Origin: Conidiobolus incongruus B7586
Taxonomy: Eukaryota
Length of the DNA stretch: 41,387 nucleotides
Direction: 5' to 3'
NCBI GenBank assembly: GCA_000697335.1
Contig: JNEM01009213.1
Coordinates: 1-41,387 of the forward strand
The first letter of the stretch is position 1. The number at the start of each line of letters is the position of its first letter. The notes beneath the pieces were generated by a model. It had not been told where the DNA came from and did not search any database. It worked only from the letters and a program-made list of their open reading frames with translations. Positions 1 through 11,314 of this stretch are shown here, in pieces. Position numbers and translations under genes: made by a program.

Positions 1-1059
1 ATAATAACAAAATTTTTCAATATAAATATCTTATTAGATAAAAACTAATATATATATAAAATCCTGTTAATATTCAAAGTTATGTATGATTTATTATATT
101 ATTAAATTCAAAAATATAATCTATTAATTTAAATTAATTATTTGAATTAAACATATTTTATATTTTAATTATTATTGTTGGCAGTACTACCAACCACTTA
201 TACTATTATAATCAAATTCTTATCCTATATTCACAAAGTTATCTCTTATATTACACAATTACACCTTATTGATAAAATGGAAGGAGGGGGAATTAAGTAT
301 TAAAAATAGATATAGACTTATATTTTACCTTATTTTTTTGTTTCAATTACAAACCTAGATTACACAAAAAATAAACCAACAATTATAATTTTTTTCCTAG
401 AATTTTAAAATTAAATATTATAAAAAACTTTTTATTAATTTTAGTATTTTAATTAATAATATAATATGTTTTATTTTGATTCGTTGATATAATGAAAAAT
501 AAATAATAAAATAGATTTTTTAATTTAAGAATACTTGAAATAATTATTTTAATATATTAGGATTGTGTTTAAATTACTTTATTAAATAAAATATTTGATA
601 ATTACTATAATATTAATGAAAATTAAGCTCCTTTATTCTTTTATTATATAGTTAATTATAAAATAATAACAGTTGTAATGATATTTATTTATAAATATAA
701 CAAAGACAATAATAAATAATGTCAAAATTAAATATAATTTATATAAAAAGTATACAAGAGACATATTAGATTGATTATTAGGCAAAAATTATTTTATTTA
801 ATATTTTGGATATCAAAAACCAATTATAAAGAATAAGTTGAATAATTATATTTAGATCAAAAATCTAAAATTAATATTAAGACGGTTTCTTATAAATCAA
901 AACTGACTTAATAAATTTAAATAGTATTTAAGGTAAAAATTAACAATCTATTACCAATAATATAGAAACAAATCATATGATGAATTTGAATTTTTGTATA
1001 TAATATAATTCAACTAAAATTTTCAAATGATATTAATATAATAATATTGCTAGATTTCT

Positions 1060-2000
1060 ACTTATCGTTTTTATTTAGAATTAAACCTGCCAATCACCCA
1101 ATATTAACATTGAAGCTTAGCCTTTTGGAGACTTTGGATCCTATACAAGGCTTGAATAACAATGACCAAATTTGTTTAAATTTGGATAAGTTTAATTACA
1201 AGCGAGTGAGTTATCAAATCCTGTCATTGAAAATTTTTCATTTTTGCCAAACTACCTTGATAATATGCCTGTTCCCAAATTGAATTGTATTAAACCTTGA
1301 TTCACACCCCTTTTTAATAATTCCTGTATTTGCTACTGTTTTGAATAGCTCTTTAACTATTAATACAGCAATCAATCTAGTATGATTGTAAGATTGGACT
1401 ACAATAAATATATCATTAATAATATTAAAGTTATTAAGAACATGGACATTACCATCAGAATATATTATAAATATAATATCAAATGAAATACAATAAAGTT
1501 GTATCATCACTAATGTGTATTATAAATAAAAACAATTCTATCACCTTGATTCTCTTTAATGATATGAAATATAATCAAAGTCAATTACAAAGGTCCAAGA
1601 TGATTCACTTCCATAATTCAATCAACATTATCATTTATAATATCAAATCCATGAATTATAAAACCTGCATTGTAGATCCAATAGTCCAATTTTCCATACT
1701 TTTCAAGGGGCCTTTTACAAAATCCCTCGGTTAACTCTAAACTTCCCAAATTCAAGGTATGATAGTCAATGTTTCTACTATCAGTTGCAGCTTTGATCCC
1801 TTACAACGTATTTTTCCAATTTTTCTTAATTTTACTACCAATTGTTTTATCAAATTTCATTTTGGTTAATAAAAGTTATACCAAATTCAAGGCTTAAATC
1901 CAATGATTGATATAATATCTATATAGTGATCCATTATTATAGAAAATTACATTTATTATCACCAATGACTAGTGCTATTTTACTTGTTAGATCCTTTTGA
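1060..2000 (-). pseudogene. Decayed short-chain dehydrogenase/reductase (retinol dehydrogenase/WWOX-like SDR) pseudogene
   Basis: Manual minus-strand translation gives SDR motifs in the right order. QKDLTSKIALVIGDNK resembles DLSGKVAIVTGGNSG and is followed by a GTAATT donor at ~1950. Then come LNLGSLELTEGFCKRPLEKYGKLDYWIYNAG (cf. LDL.SL...LDILINNAG), MEVNHLGPL*LT (cf. VNHLGHFLLT), QGDRIVFI, and QSYNHTRLIAVLIVKELFKTVANTGI (cf. YxxSKLANILFTKELARRL.GTGV). There are several in-frame stops (e.g. TAA at 1803-1801) and frameshifts. Boundaries are approximate. Confidence 0.8.
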
Positions 2001-3577
2001 ATTAATAAATGTCTCAATTTTTATTACAGTAAATAAATATATATTAAATTGATTTTAAATTAATATACTTTTCAATTAAATTGACATCTAGTATTAAGAT
2101 CCCGCATCCTCTTATAATTGTAACCAAATCTGATCTGCTAACCATGCATTTAAAGCCTATTCAAAATATTCAAAATATCATGTCCATCAAATTTCATTTT
2201 TTTATCTTGGTAAAAACACTCTGTTATACCATAAAATGAAATTCTGGATCAATAAGTATAGGATTAAAAAATGTAAAAAAAATAACAAAATTTGTAGTTT
2301 AATTAATATGCATTATATTTTGAAATGGCAAAAAAATTGTAAATATATTCGAAAAAGTACACTTTTTTGATTAAAGCTTTTCCTAAGAAGCACCTAATTT
2401 ACTATCAACTATTCACCTTATTGAGATTAAATTTTGGCTTGTCAAAAAAAAATTAGGATATTAGTTTTATCATATATTGATTTATTTTCAAAAGGCTAAG
2501 AGTATTTATTTAAAATTAAATTTATATATACACCAATCCAAATCATTAAATATATCTTTTGCATTGATAAATCATGTACAATAGTCTTTAATTCATAGCC
2601 TTGCAATAAACTATATTTTAGTTAATATTTGAATAATCTAGATCGAATCTTCCAAATACTAAATAAATCCAAACAAGGAGCTTATGATCAATGGGATTGA
2701 TTATAGTAGAATAGCAATCAACAAACTTTTGTCAGAAAGTTATCATCAACAGTTATCTTTAAAATTCTATTTTATCAAGGAATATTTTCAGATAGACAAA
2801 CTTGAACAAAATTTGAAATTTAATAATTTTGCAAGTTAATACCAAATATCATAAGGCAAAACTAGTAACTTACCTATTTAATGGAAAGATCAGATCAATA
2901 CAACCTCATCTACCATACTTCTCTGATTGCAATCCTAGTTATTACAATACTTTTAATCCCGCAAAAAGAGTATTGGAACTCTAATTTTTTACTATTATAA
3001 GGAAATTGAAATAAAAAATTTCAAATTAATTTGTACAATAAATTGTCATGATATATTTTTTGGAGCAAGTGTCTAATTGTGAGAATTATCATTGAGATTC
3101 ATGGGGACAAAATTCACATGATAAATATATATTTAATATTTTTAAAAAAAATTTTAATGAATAATTTTTGAATTTTAATAATAAGATATATACTTGATTT
3201 AAACTAATATTTGTAAAATTATTTCATTATTAAATCACAAAAATGAAAAAAGAACCTAATTTTTATATTTTTCATATGATAACTAAACAATAATTAGGAC
3301 TATTAGGGTTATTTATTGCGGGAAGGTACGGAACTTGAAATGGATTGAAGTTAAAATGGGTTCTGAAAGATTAAATAATATGAAATATTCTAATAATATG
3401 TAAAAATTTATCCATTAATTCAAACAATCAAATATTAAAATAAAAGTTAATTAACTGATAATGATCTAATGATGTAATAAACAAATGAGATTAATTCAGA
3501 AATAAATATTAAATCTATTTAATATTAATGACTAAATTTATAAATATTATTTAAAAAACTGGATATTTGCTAATCAA

Positions 3578-4665
3578 TTAAATAAATTCTAATTCTGGAG
3601 GTTCACCAGTACCTACATGGTATTGATATTTATAATCATCGTAAATCTTCTTCAAATTGTTTAAGTACTGCTGATGTACTTCGATCACTTCTTCTTGAGT
3701 GGGGTTGTCATTTTGTTTGACAATTACGGGTTCGCCAACTAAAAATCATTGTTAGTATGAGAGAATTGACTCGCGATTGTTGAGTAATTACCAACTAGTG
3801 TAATAGGATAATTCATAGGGAAAATGCCGAAAGTATTTTGGAAGAAACCACGACCGTGAAACGCAGCAATGCGTAATCCAGTTTTGGATACGAGTTTTTG
3901 TATCCATCTGAGCATGGGGGATTCAAAAGTGCTATCTAATTTAAATAAACTATTCTCGCCAAATGCGTACACAGGCACTGGATGGGCTCTAAAGTATAGA
4001 TGAATATAAAATAAATTGACAATTGGTAAGAATATTTACCCTGTTTTAATAGCCATCTTTATAAAGCCCAAACGCTTGTTAACAATTAATTTGGCTTGAT
4101 TTTCGCCCGAGACGAGAGCTTCAGAACTGCCACCAATCACAATTAACACACTATTACCTTTTCCACTCTCAACGATATTAGTAATACTTTTCTTGGACAC
4201 CGAACAATATCCCAATGACAATATGAGATCTCTAAAGATGGGCCATTTGAAATTCGAATTTAAAGTCAACGCTGTAACGTTAATGCCAGGGAACTTTTCA
4301 GTAAACTGGGTGTTGTACTTGCTAAAGAAGGCTTGAGCTCCGTAACCAATGATACCGTGAGGATGATAAGCAAAGATATAGTTTTTGGCGGGATCCAGTT
4401 CAGCAGTGCGAACACATTTCATTTGGAAATAATTGCGAATATTTTGCATTAAAGAGCACTTGGCTATCCATTCAATTTCGCGACCACCATTTTCGGGAGC
4501 TTTGTCTGTCCAAGTAAATATCAAATATGGTATGAGTATTGACCAAGTGATCGGGAACATGGCAGCAGTTCCAGTCACCACTAGCCCACTTATGAGACTG
4601 ATGGGAATCCAAGCAACACTTAAAAATTCAACAAATTTGGGTTTTCTTAAATTTTCTAAATTCAT
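3578..4665 (-). CDS. Diacylglycerol O-acyltransferase 2 family (DAGAT; DGAT2/MOGAT/wax synthase-like), copy 1; exons 4665-4040, 3988-3792, 3738-3578 (327 aa)
   Basis: Motifs YHPHGI, IVIGGSSEAL, RLGFIKMAIKTG, VPVYAFGE and VVGEPV. GT-AG introns of 51 and 53 nt join the frames to a stop at 3580-3578. TATA-like TATATAAAT at ~4731-4739. Confidence 0.95.
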
Positions 4666-5262
4666 TTAAATTAATTTTAATTAATATTTAATTTTCTAAC
4701 ATTTGATCAAATTTCAAAACTTAATTATCTATTTATATACAAAAAATTTCATTTGGTATCATGCGAATAATTTTTAATATCATTTAACTCCATTCATTTT
4801 TTGAAAATTAGTTCAAAAGTTTCATCAAGTTATAAATTAACTGAATAAAATAAAAAATTAGACCAGTTAAAGTGATTGATTTTGGTTTGAGCATTTGATT
4901 ATAAAACATATGCCAATGTGTACAAGCTAATTATGTAATACTATTTTATTCAGTAATTCAAAATATATATACTATTATCCTGAAAATTATTCATATGAGT
5001 TCAATGAATTGTTCAAGATTATAAATAAACTGACCATTTTTGCAGTATCATTGTTATTTTATAATGATTCAAAAATATATGCACACAAGGTAAGTAATAG
5101 TGAAAATATAACAAGCCAATGAATCAGTTGAATGATAATGGTATATGTATACTTTAATAGCAATAATAATAATAGTAATAGTAATAACAATAATAATGAT
5201 TAATAAATATAACCTTAATAATGATGATATATATGTAGATAAATGGACCAATCCATTAATGT

Positions 5263-7236
5263 TCAATTGGTCGAAATCTTCTTTTCAAATCGTTCTAAAT
5301 CTCTCAGAGCATTGCTTGGGCTTTGAGTGAAATGATTACTTTCTGCGAGTCGGAAATACTCAATACTCAAGTTGCCACGACCTTTTCCGAGATCTAAGCG
5401 GACGCTGCGAGCTTCTTCCCAGAAATCACCTTTAAAGTAGCCTAGAGCTAAGAAAAGCCATTCCATATGCTCAAACCACCATACCATTAGGATGGTGAGG
5501 TTCTCGAGCAATTTGATATAATGAGTTTTGATAAAAGATGGATCAGATTTCTCTTTAGATTGATATAATGTCATATTGTTAGGATCTTTGACGAAGACAT
5601 TGTACCAACCACCTCCCTTGACAGGATTGATTAGAGGATCAAGCCAGTTGGAAGTTAAATCAAATTCAAACTTGATATTTTGGTGATTGAAGGGTAACTG
5701 ACTCACTAGTGGGACGATACCATCACTCTTCCAAAATTCGTAAGATTTTCTACCTAATACACTATTCTTGTTACCTTCATCCCAGTTGAACGTGCCTAAT
5801 AGGTAAGTGAAAGGCAAGTACCACAAATTATACACCAAATTAGGTAGATGACGACCCGAAATTTTCGACTTAACACTTGTAGATATGACATAGTTGATAT
5901 AGATAGTTTCTGGATGCAAATAGAATAAATTTTTATATCTGGAATTACCTTCAGTGCTATAATCAACTATAAAATTATCTCCACTATAAATCCAAGTACT
6001 TTTACCGAACATTGCATTAATGAAACTGGCGCCTTCTTTTCGACTCATTTTGTAACCATTGTTCAGGTCGAAATTCAGGAATGATAGATCAAAGTAAACA
6101 ATGATATGTATCATGACCACCAAAAATTGTAGAATTGTGATAGGGTATAATAAAGAATTGGCATTTGGAATCAATCCTAGTAGGTAGGGCAGAGGAGAAC
6201 CTCTATGCAATCCAGAAATAGAAATAATCCCTTTAATCCAGTTGGAATTGGTGTCCAGCTTGAAATAGTCAATAGATAGTAAATACTGCAAGTACTGACA
6301 TGTGGGGACACCATACTCTGTGCCGACTAGGACAATCGGGTTGTTCTGATCCCAATGGGGTAATACTCCAGCATAATAAGGACCATACTGGTCGTGGAGA
6401 CAACTCTTGGAATGATGATATCCATAATTCTAAATTTCATATGATTAAAAGATCCCGAAAATTTATTCTAGAAAATAAACTTACCGTTTTGCCACCTTTC
6501 AACTGGAAGAAAAGTTCACAAGCACGATCTAAATAAATCAAGAGAAAAATTAAGATTAGAATCGATTAACTATTGGACAATTATTAGTTGGTGATCCATT
6601 TCAGGGTGATTTAAAAAACTCAATTTAATGAAATTATTGACATATGAAAATTGGATAATATGTTATAATAATTATAAACTTATTATTTTATAATTATGTC
6701 ATTAAATAATAAAAATTATCTTAAAATGGACAAAATTATAAAAAATGATAATATAATTAGAGTATTTCGATAAAAGAAATAAAAGTTATCAATAAACAAT
6801 ATAGAGTTCAAAGCCACCAACTTGTAAAAATATTCCCGAATGAGAATCAATATTCACTCGGAAAATAATTTAAATAAAAAAAAATAATTACCATGAACCG
6901 ACTATAAAATCTAATTAGTTAATTAAGATTAAAATGTAATTAAATACTACTTACTTTAAACTTGGATAAATTTACTTGAACTTTCTTATTTAACTTCTCT
7001 CCCAAAGTACCAAAATCTTTTCCAAATACACCTGGTACTAATACAAATTGGTCATGATTCAAGTCCAACCTCATGTTAGAGTTATTAGGTTTGACATAAT
7101 TTAAAACAAAGTCCGAAGGGATAGATTCAGAATCGGTGAAAGAGGAAGTAGAAGAAGGGGGAGATGTTGAAGGACTAACATTAGTTGAATGAGGTAGAAT
7201 GTATTGAGTTAATAGAGAACGCCACTGAGTTACCAT
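5263..7236 (-). CDS. Alpha/beta-hydrolase, homolog of family I.5/I.6 (Geobacillus/Staphylococcus-type) lipases, probably catalytically inactive; exons 7236-6955, 6901-6892, 6528-6485, 6429-5263 (~500 aa)
   Basis: The spliced product reads FVLVPGVFG...SKFK-SVHDRACELFFQLKGGKT-NYGYHHSKSCLHDQYGPYYAGVLPHWDQNNPIVLVGTEYGVPTCQYLQYLL...ISISGLHRGSPL...WKSDGIVPLVSQ. This matches the SxxDRACE.Y.QL.GG.VDYG..H.....H.RFG..Y.GL and TTIATPH.GTTL/NDGIV blocks of these lipases. All junctions are GT-AG and in phase. Confidence 0.85.
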
Positions 7237-8834
7237 TTTTTATGATTTCAAGTATGTTGTTAGCATATATAAAATATAAGAGTTGGTAGGAAGTTGGAAA
7301 GTAGTCAATGGACTTGTAAGTATTATTTATAAAATTTTAAATTGATTAAAAGTTAGAACCATTCAGTGATAAAGTTAATTGGATTATTCTTAGATTTATA
7401 TGGGAATTGGATTGATGAAGGTGGTGAAAATAATTTACAACGAGATAATTGATAATAGATATTTTTTGGACCAATCGAAATAAGTTAAACTATTAATTTA
7501 TTCGATATAACAATTTTTTGTATTGATATAGGTCTGAATTATAATACAAATACTTTGGTTTATATGATACATAATAAAAATTAAGGTAATATTTTGAAAT
7601 TTCTTAATCTATTATTTATATTTTATATAAATCATTATGAATTTTAGATTTATCATGATTATTAATAATTTGATTTGATAAATAGTGTATAATCCCAATA
7701 CTTTACTATTATTAGGTCAATTTGTTAATAAAATTAGATAGGCATAATTCAATTTAAGGGTTATCTAAATTTATTAATATTCACAAAATTGATAAAAAAT
7801 GAACTGTTGAATATAGTAGAAATATTTAAAAATGATAAGAATTGGTATAATTAAATAAAAGATTATAACTTAAAATTAAATTTAAGCAAATTTAATATCA
7901 GTATTAAATAAGATATCATATTAATATTTTAACATAATCTTAGGTTAAATAAATTTTAAAATCCAAATTTTCAATGATTACTCAATATTATCAAACTTTA
8001 TTATATAAAATTAACTATAAAATATCACGGTGTTAACTTTATTTAAGTTGAATATAGTAATAACATGAGTACTCTCTTTAAATATTAGTTTTTATCAATG
8101 AATAATAGTCTAAAGTTTCAAACTATAAAGTTTCCAATTGACTTATTTAACTTAAGACTGAGAATTAAATAAAATTTGACTATGATAATGTATTATTTAC
8201 ACTAAGACTATTTTTGCTTTATAATAATACTACTAATTATTATAAAACTTGTTTGAAATTCAATATGGCATATAATACAATAAAATAGTTTGAATTTTAA
8301 TTTCACAAATTCGAGTCATATTAACTTGATATATAAATAAAACATCGAATATATCTTTTCAAAATTTATGATAGATCGGTGGCTTCAAATTAAACTGACT
8401 ATACCAAATTCAAGCTGTTTCAATTTGAATGAATTAATTATATTTTCAACCTAAAATTCAAATCACAATCTAATACTTCTAATTATAATTATACTTATTC
8501 AATTGGATTCTAAGATAATGCAACTTGTACAATTTTATATATTAATTAATTATTAGTATTGAAATCAATAATTTTCAAATTGAATTTTAATTTAATAAAA
8601 TATTACTGATATCATATTTTAATAAAAATATCAGCTGACCTAAAGAGATAATAATAACAATAGCATTGCAAATATTAAAGCAGTAAATATTAAGATTAAG
8701 ATAAAATAATTTAAAATAATTAAAATAGATAATTGATATATTAAAAATAAGGGAATGATTTTTGAGTACATTATAAAAAAAATGAATTATTTGATATAAT
8801 CACAAAAATTTATAATGAACACTTTAAATTTTAA

Positions 8835-8907
8835 TGCCTTCTACCAGAATCGAACTGGTGACCTTCCGCTTACTAGGCGGACGCTCTGCCAACTGAGCCA
8901 AGAAGGC
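8835..8907 (-). tRNA. tRNA-Thr (anticodon AGU), intronless
   Basis: Minus strand GCCTTCTTGGCTCAGTTGGCAGAGCGTCCGCCTAGTAAGCGGAAGGTCACCAGTTCGATTCTGGTAGAAGGCA. Acceptor stem GCCTTCT/AGAAGGC, D arm GCTC/GAGC, anticodon arm TCCGC-CTAGTAA-GCGGA, T arm ACCAG-TTCGATT-CTGGT. Confidence 0.97.
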
Positions 8908-10900
8908 ATATTTCCAATCTCCATATAATTTTATTAAATATAATCAATTATCAATCCTTGCAGGAATTATGTATATTATTTATTAACTTTTTTAATTTGA
9001 ATTTAGTCCCAAAATCTTTCCTCCTATTTATATATAATAATATATGCCTCAAATATCTAATTCTTTCCCTCTACATCATTTTTCTCTCACATTATTATCA
9101 ATTCTTAACATTTTTTTCATCCTTTCAATATTTATACTTGTCCTATTATAAAATTATAGAAATTACATTCATAGATATTTATTAATAATTTTGTACCTTA
9201 TATTTTTATAATTATTTATATAATAGTGGATGAATTTTTTGAATAATAATTGTTTAGAGTCACAAACGTTTCGTTTCAATTATTAATTGTTATTTTTTAC
9301 TAGATTTCAACACTATTTTCAACTCGAACATTCTACAATTTTTATTCAACTAATTCCATTTTCAAGATTCATTACTTTTCTTAACCTCACCAATTATAAT
9401 TCAAATTATTATCAACGACATTGAACTTTTGATAGTTTTGGTATTGGTGTCCCTCGAAGATAATCTCTCTTCCTTTATTTAAGCATGTATTTGGGACCCC
9501 AATATGAAACTTTATGGGGGATATTAAGGGAATCTAAAATTGAAAAGAAAATATTATTTCGATAAATTCAGAGTTTTGACCAACTTTGCAAAGTAAAAAT
9601 GTTACTAGGCTTTCAATTAAATTATTTTATAGCTTAAAATTTATATTCTTTTTGTATATTTAGAGATAGAGCAATATTTCAGAGAACCAATCAATTGATA
9701 GAATACAAATCAATAATGAATTCTATTATATAAAACTTTATACAGTGTGAATAAATTCCAATCAAAAGATAGTATATATTTGTGTTATGAATATCAATGT
9801 AATATTAATGTATGATTGATATTTTCAATAAGTATTATGTATTGCAACACATTTCTAATAAATATTGGTTCCATTTTAAGATAATCAACTAAAAATGATA
9901 TAACATTAATTAATAAATAAAAAATATTTAAATTAATATTATATTATTTGAGTCAAAATAATGAAAATTGTAATAATAAATCACAATAAATAACAAATAT
10001 ATTATATTTGTAATAACACTATCATAAAATATAAATAATTCCATTTAAAATAATAATTAAAGTGCCCCAAAATAAAAATAATATCATAAGTCCATATCCA
10101 GCAATAATTAATAAAACTAATGTAATGGCACAATTGAAGAATTAGATCTATAATGTGCATTTTTTACATTTGTTAAATTTAATGATCTAGATGAAGTTAT
10201 TTAATGTTTGGGGTAATATTAATGATATTAAATCTATAACTTGATTATACCTAAGTATATTATTAATGTACAAATTATATGTATAAATTTAAATCAATTC
10301 TTATGAAGCTAACAATATTAAAAACTATACCAGTAATATCAAAAATTACATTAATTGATTCAATTTTGTATTATTCAAATTACAAATTATGGATCGGAAA
10401 TCAGAAATGAAATTTGAAAAATGCGCAACATTCAAACAAACAATTCTTGGTAATATATTTTTACAATATAATAAAATCAAATAAAATTTAAAAGTTACCT
10501 AATTCTCTGAATAAAATTCCCAATTATTAACCAATTCCCTTGAAGCTTTTATGGTTGTCTAATAATTATATATCCAAACTCAATTTTAAATATCTCTAAA
10601 CTATTTCAATAAGCAATAACAGTATGCAAATTCTCAAAAAAAGGTCTAAAAAATCAATTATTATCCATTAAATTAATATGATTGATCAAATGAATGTATC
10701 TTATTTTTATCTTAAGTTTTAAAAATAGATTTTTTATGATCCGTTAATTGTCCATTTTCAGATTAAAATTGACTTAACTTTCTCTAATTAGTTGCATAAA
10801 CTTAAATTTCTAAATTGAGGAATTTTTTAAAATTTCGCTAAATTATTAGTGGAACTTGGGTGTTATGTGAAAACTGATTGGAATTTTAGAGAGTATTGAC

Positions 10901-10928
10901 TATTATTATTATTATTATTATTATTATT
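10901..10928. repeat. (TAT)n trinucleotide microsatellite, about 9 units
   Basis: Uninterrupted tattattatt... run read directly. Confidence 0.9.
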
Positions 10929-11314
10929 AAGCGTATTGTAGATGAGTATGTATTGTGTGGTATTGATTTGATAGTTTTGGTGCTAAGATTTTAATCCGCA
11001 GTTTTTGAGAGGATAATTTTTGCCAATGAGAAAAAACTAGAACCTATCAATATTTATACATTTAATCAATAAATTACTTCATTAAACATGAATAATTTGG
11101 TCACTGCCAAACCTAATTAGCCCCAATTTCCGTTGATTGGACGATTTTGGGTAAGATATATAAGGAATGAATCATTCAGACTCAATCAGTTTTGATCAAT
11201 TATTTACTCACTTTGTTTCTTATTTTTTCAATTTTAATTAATTCAGAAATTTTATTGTTTAATTTTTATTATTTAATTGAATATCTTAATTCGTTTTGAT
11301 TATTCAAGAGTATT

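Noticed and set aside
1047..1734. Small ORFs 1047-1283, 1238-1510 and 1483-1734
   Set aside because: They are fragments or antisense shadows of the SDR pseudogene.
2560..3000. Slightly GC-richer, coding-like stretch
   Set aside because: Only short broken frames with no recognisable motif on either strand; it may be a relic but cannot be assigned.
4433..6536. ORFs 4433-4669, 5069-5266, 5145-5330 and 6300-6536
   Set aside because: Antisense shadows of real genes, or products of an (ATA/GTA)n low-complexity repeat.
8958..9185. 75-aa hydrophobic ORF
   Set aside because: F/L/I/Y/N-rich composition expected from AT-rich DNA; non-ATG start.
9280..9600. GC-richer patch with a CCCCA...TGGGG mini-hairpin
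   Set aside because: The stem is too short, and no ORF or RNA family could be recognised.
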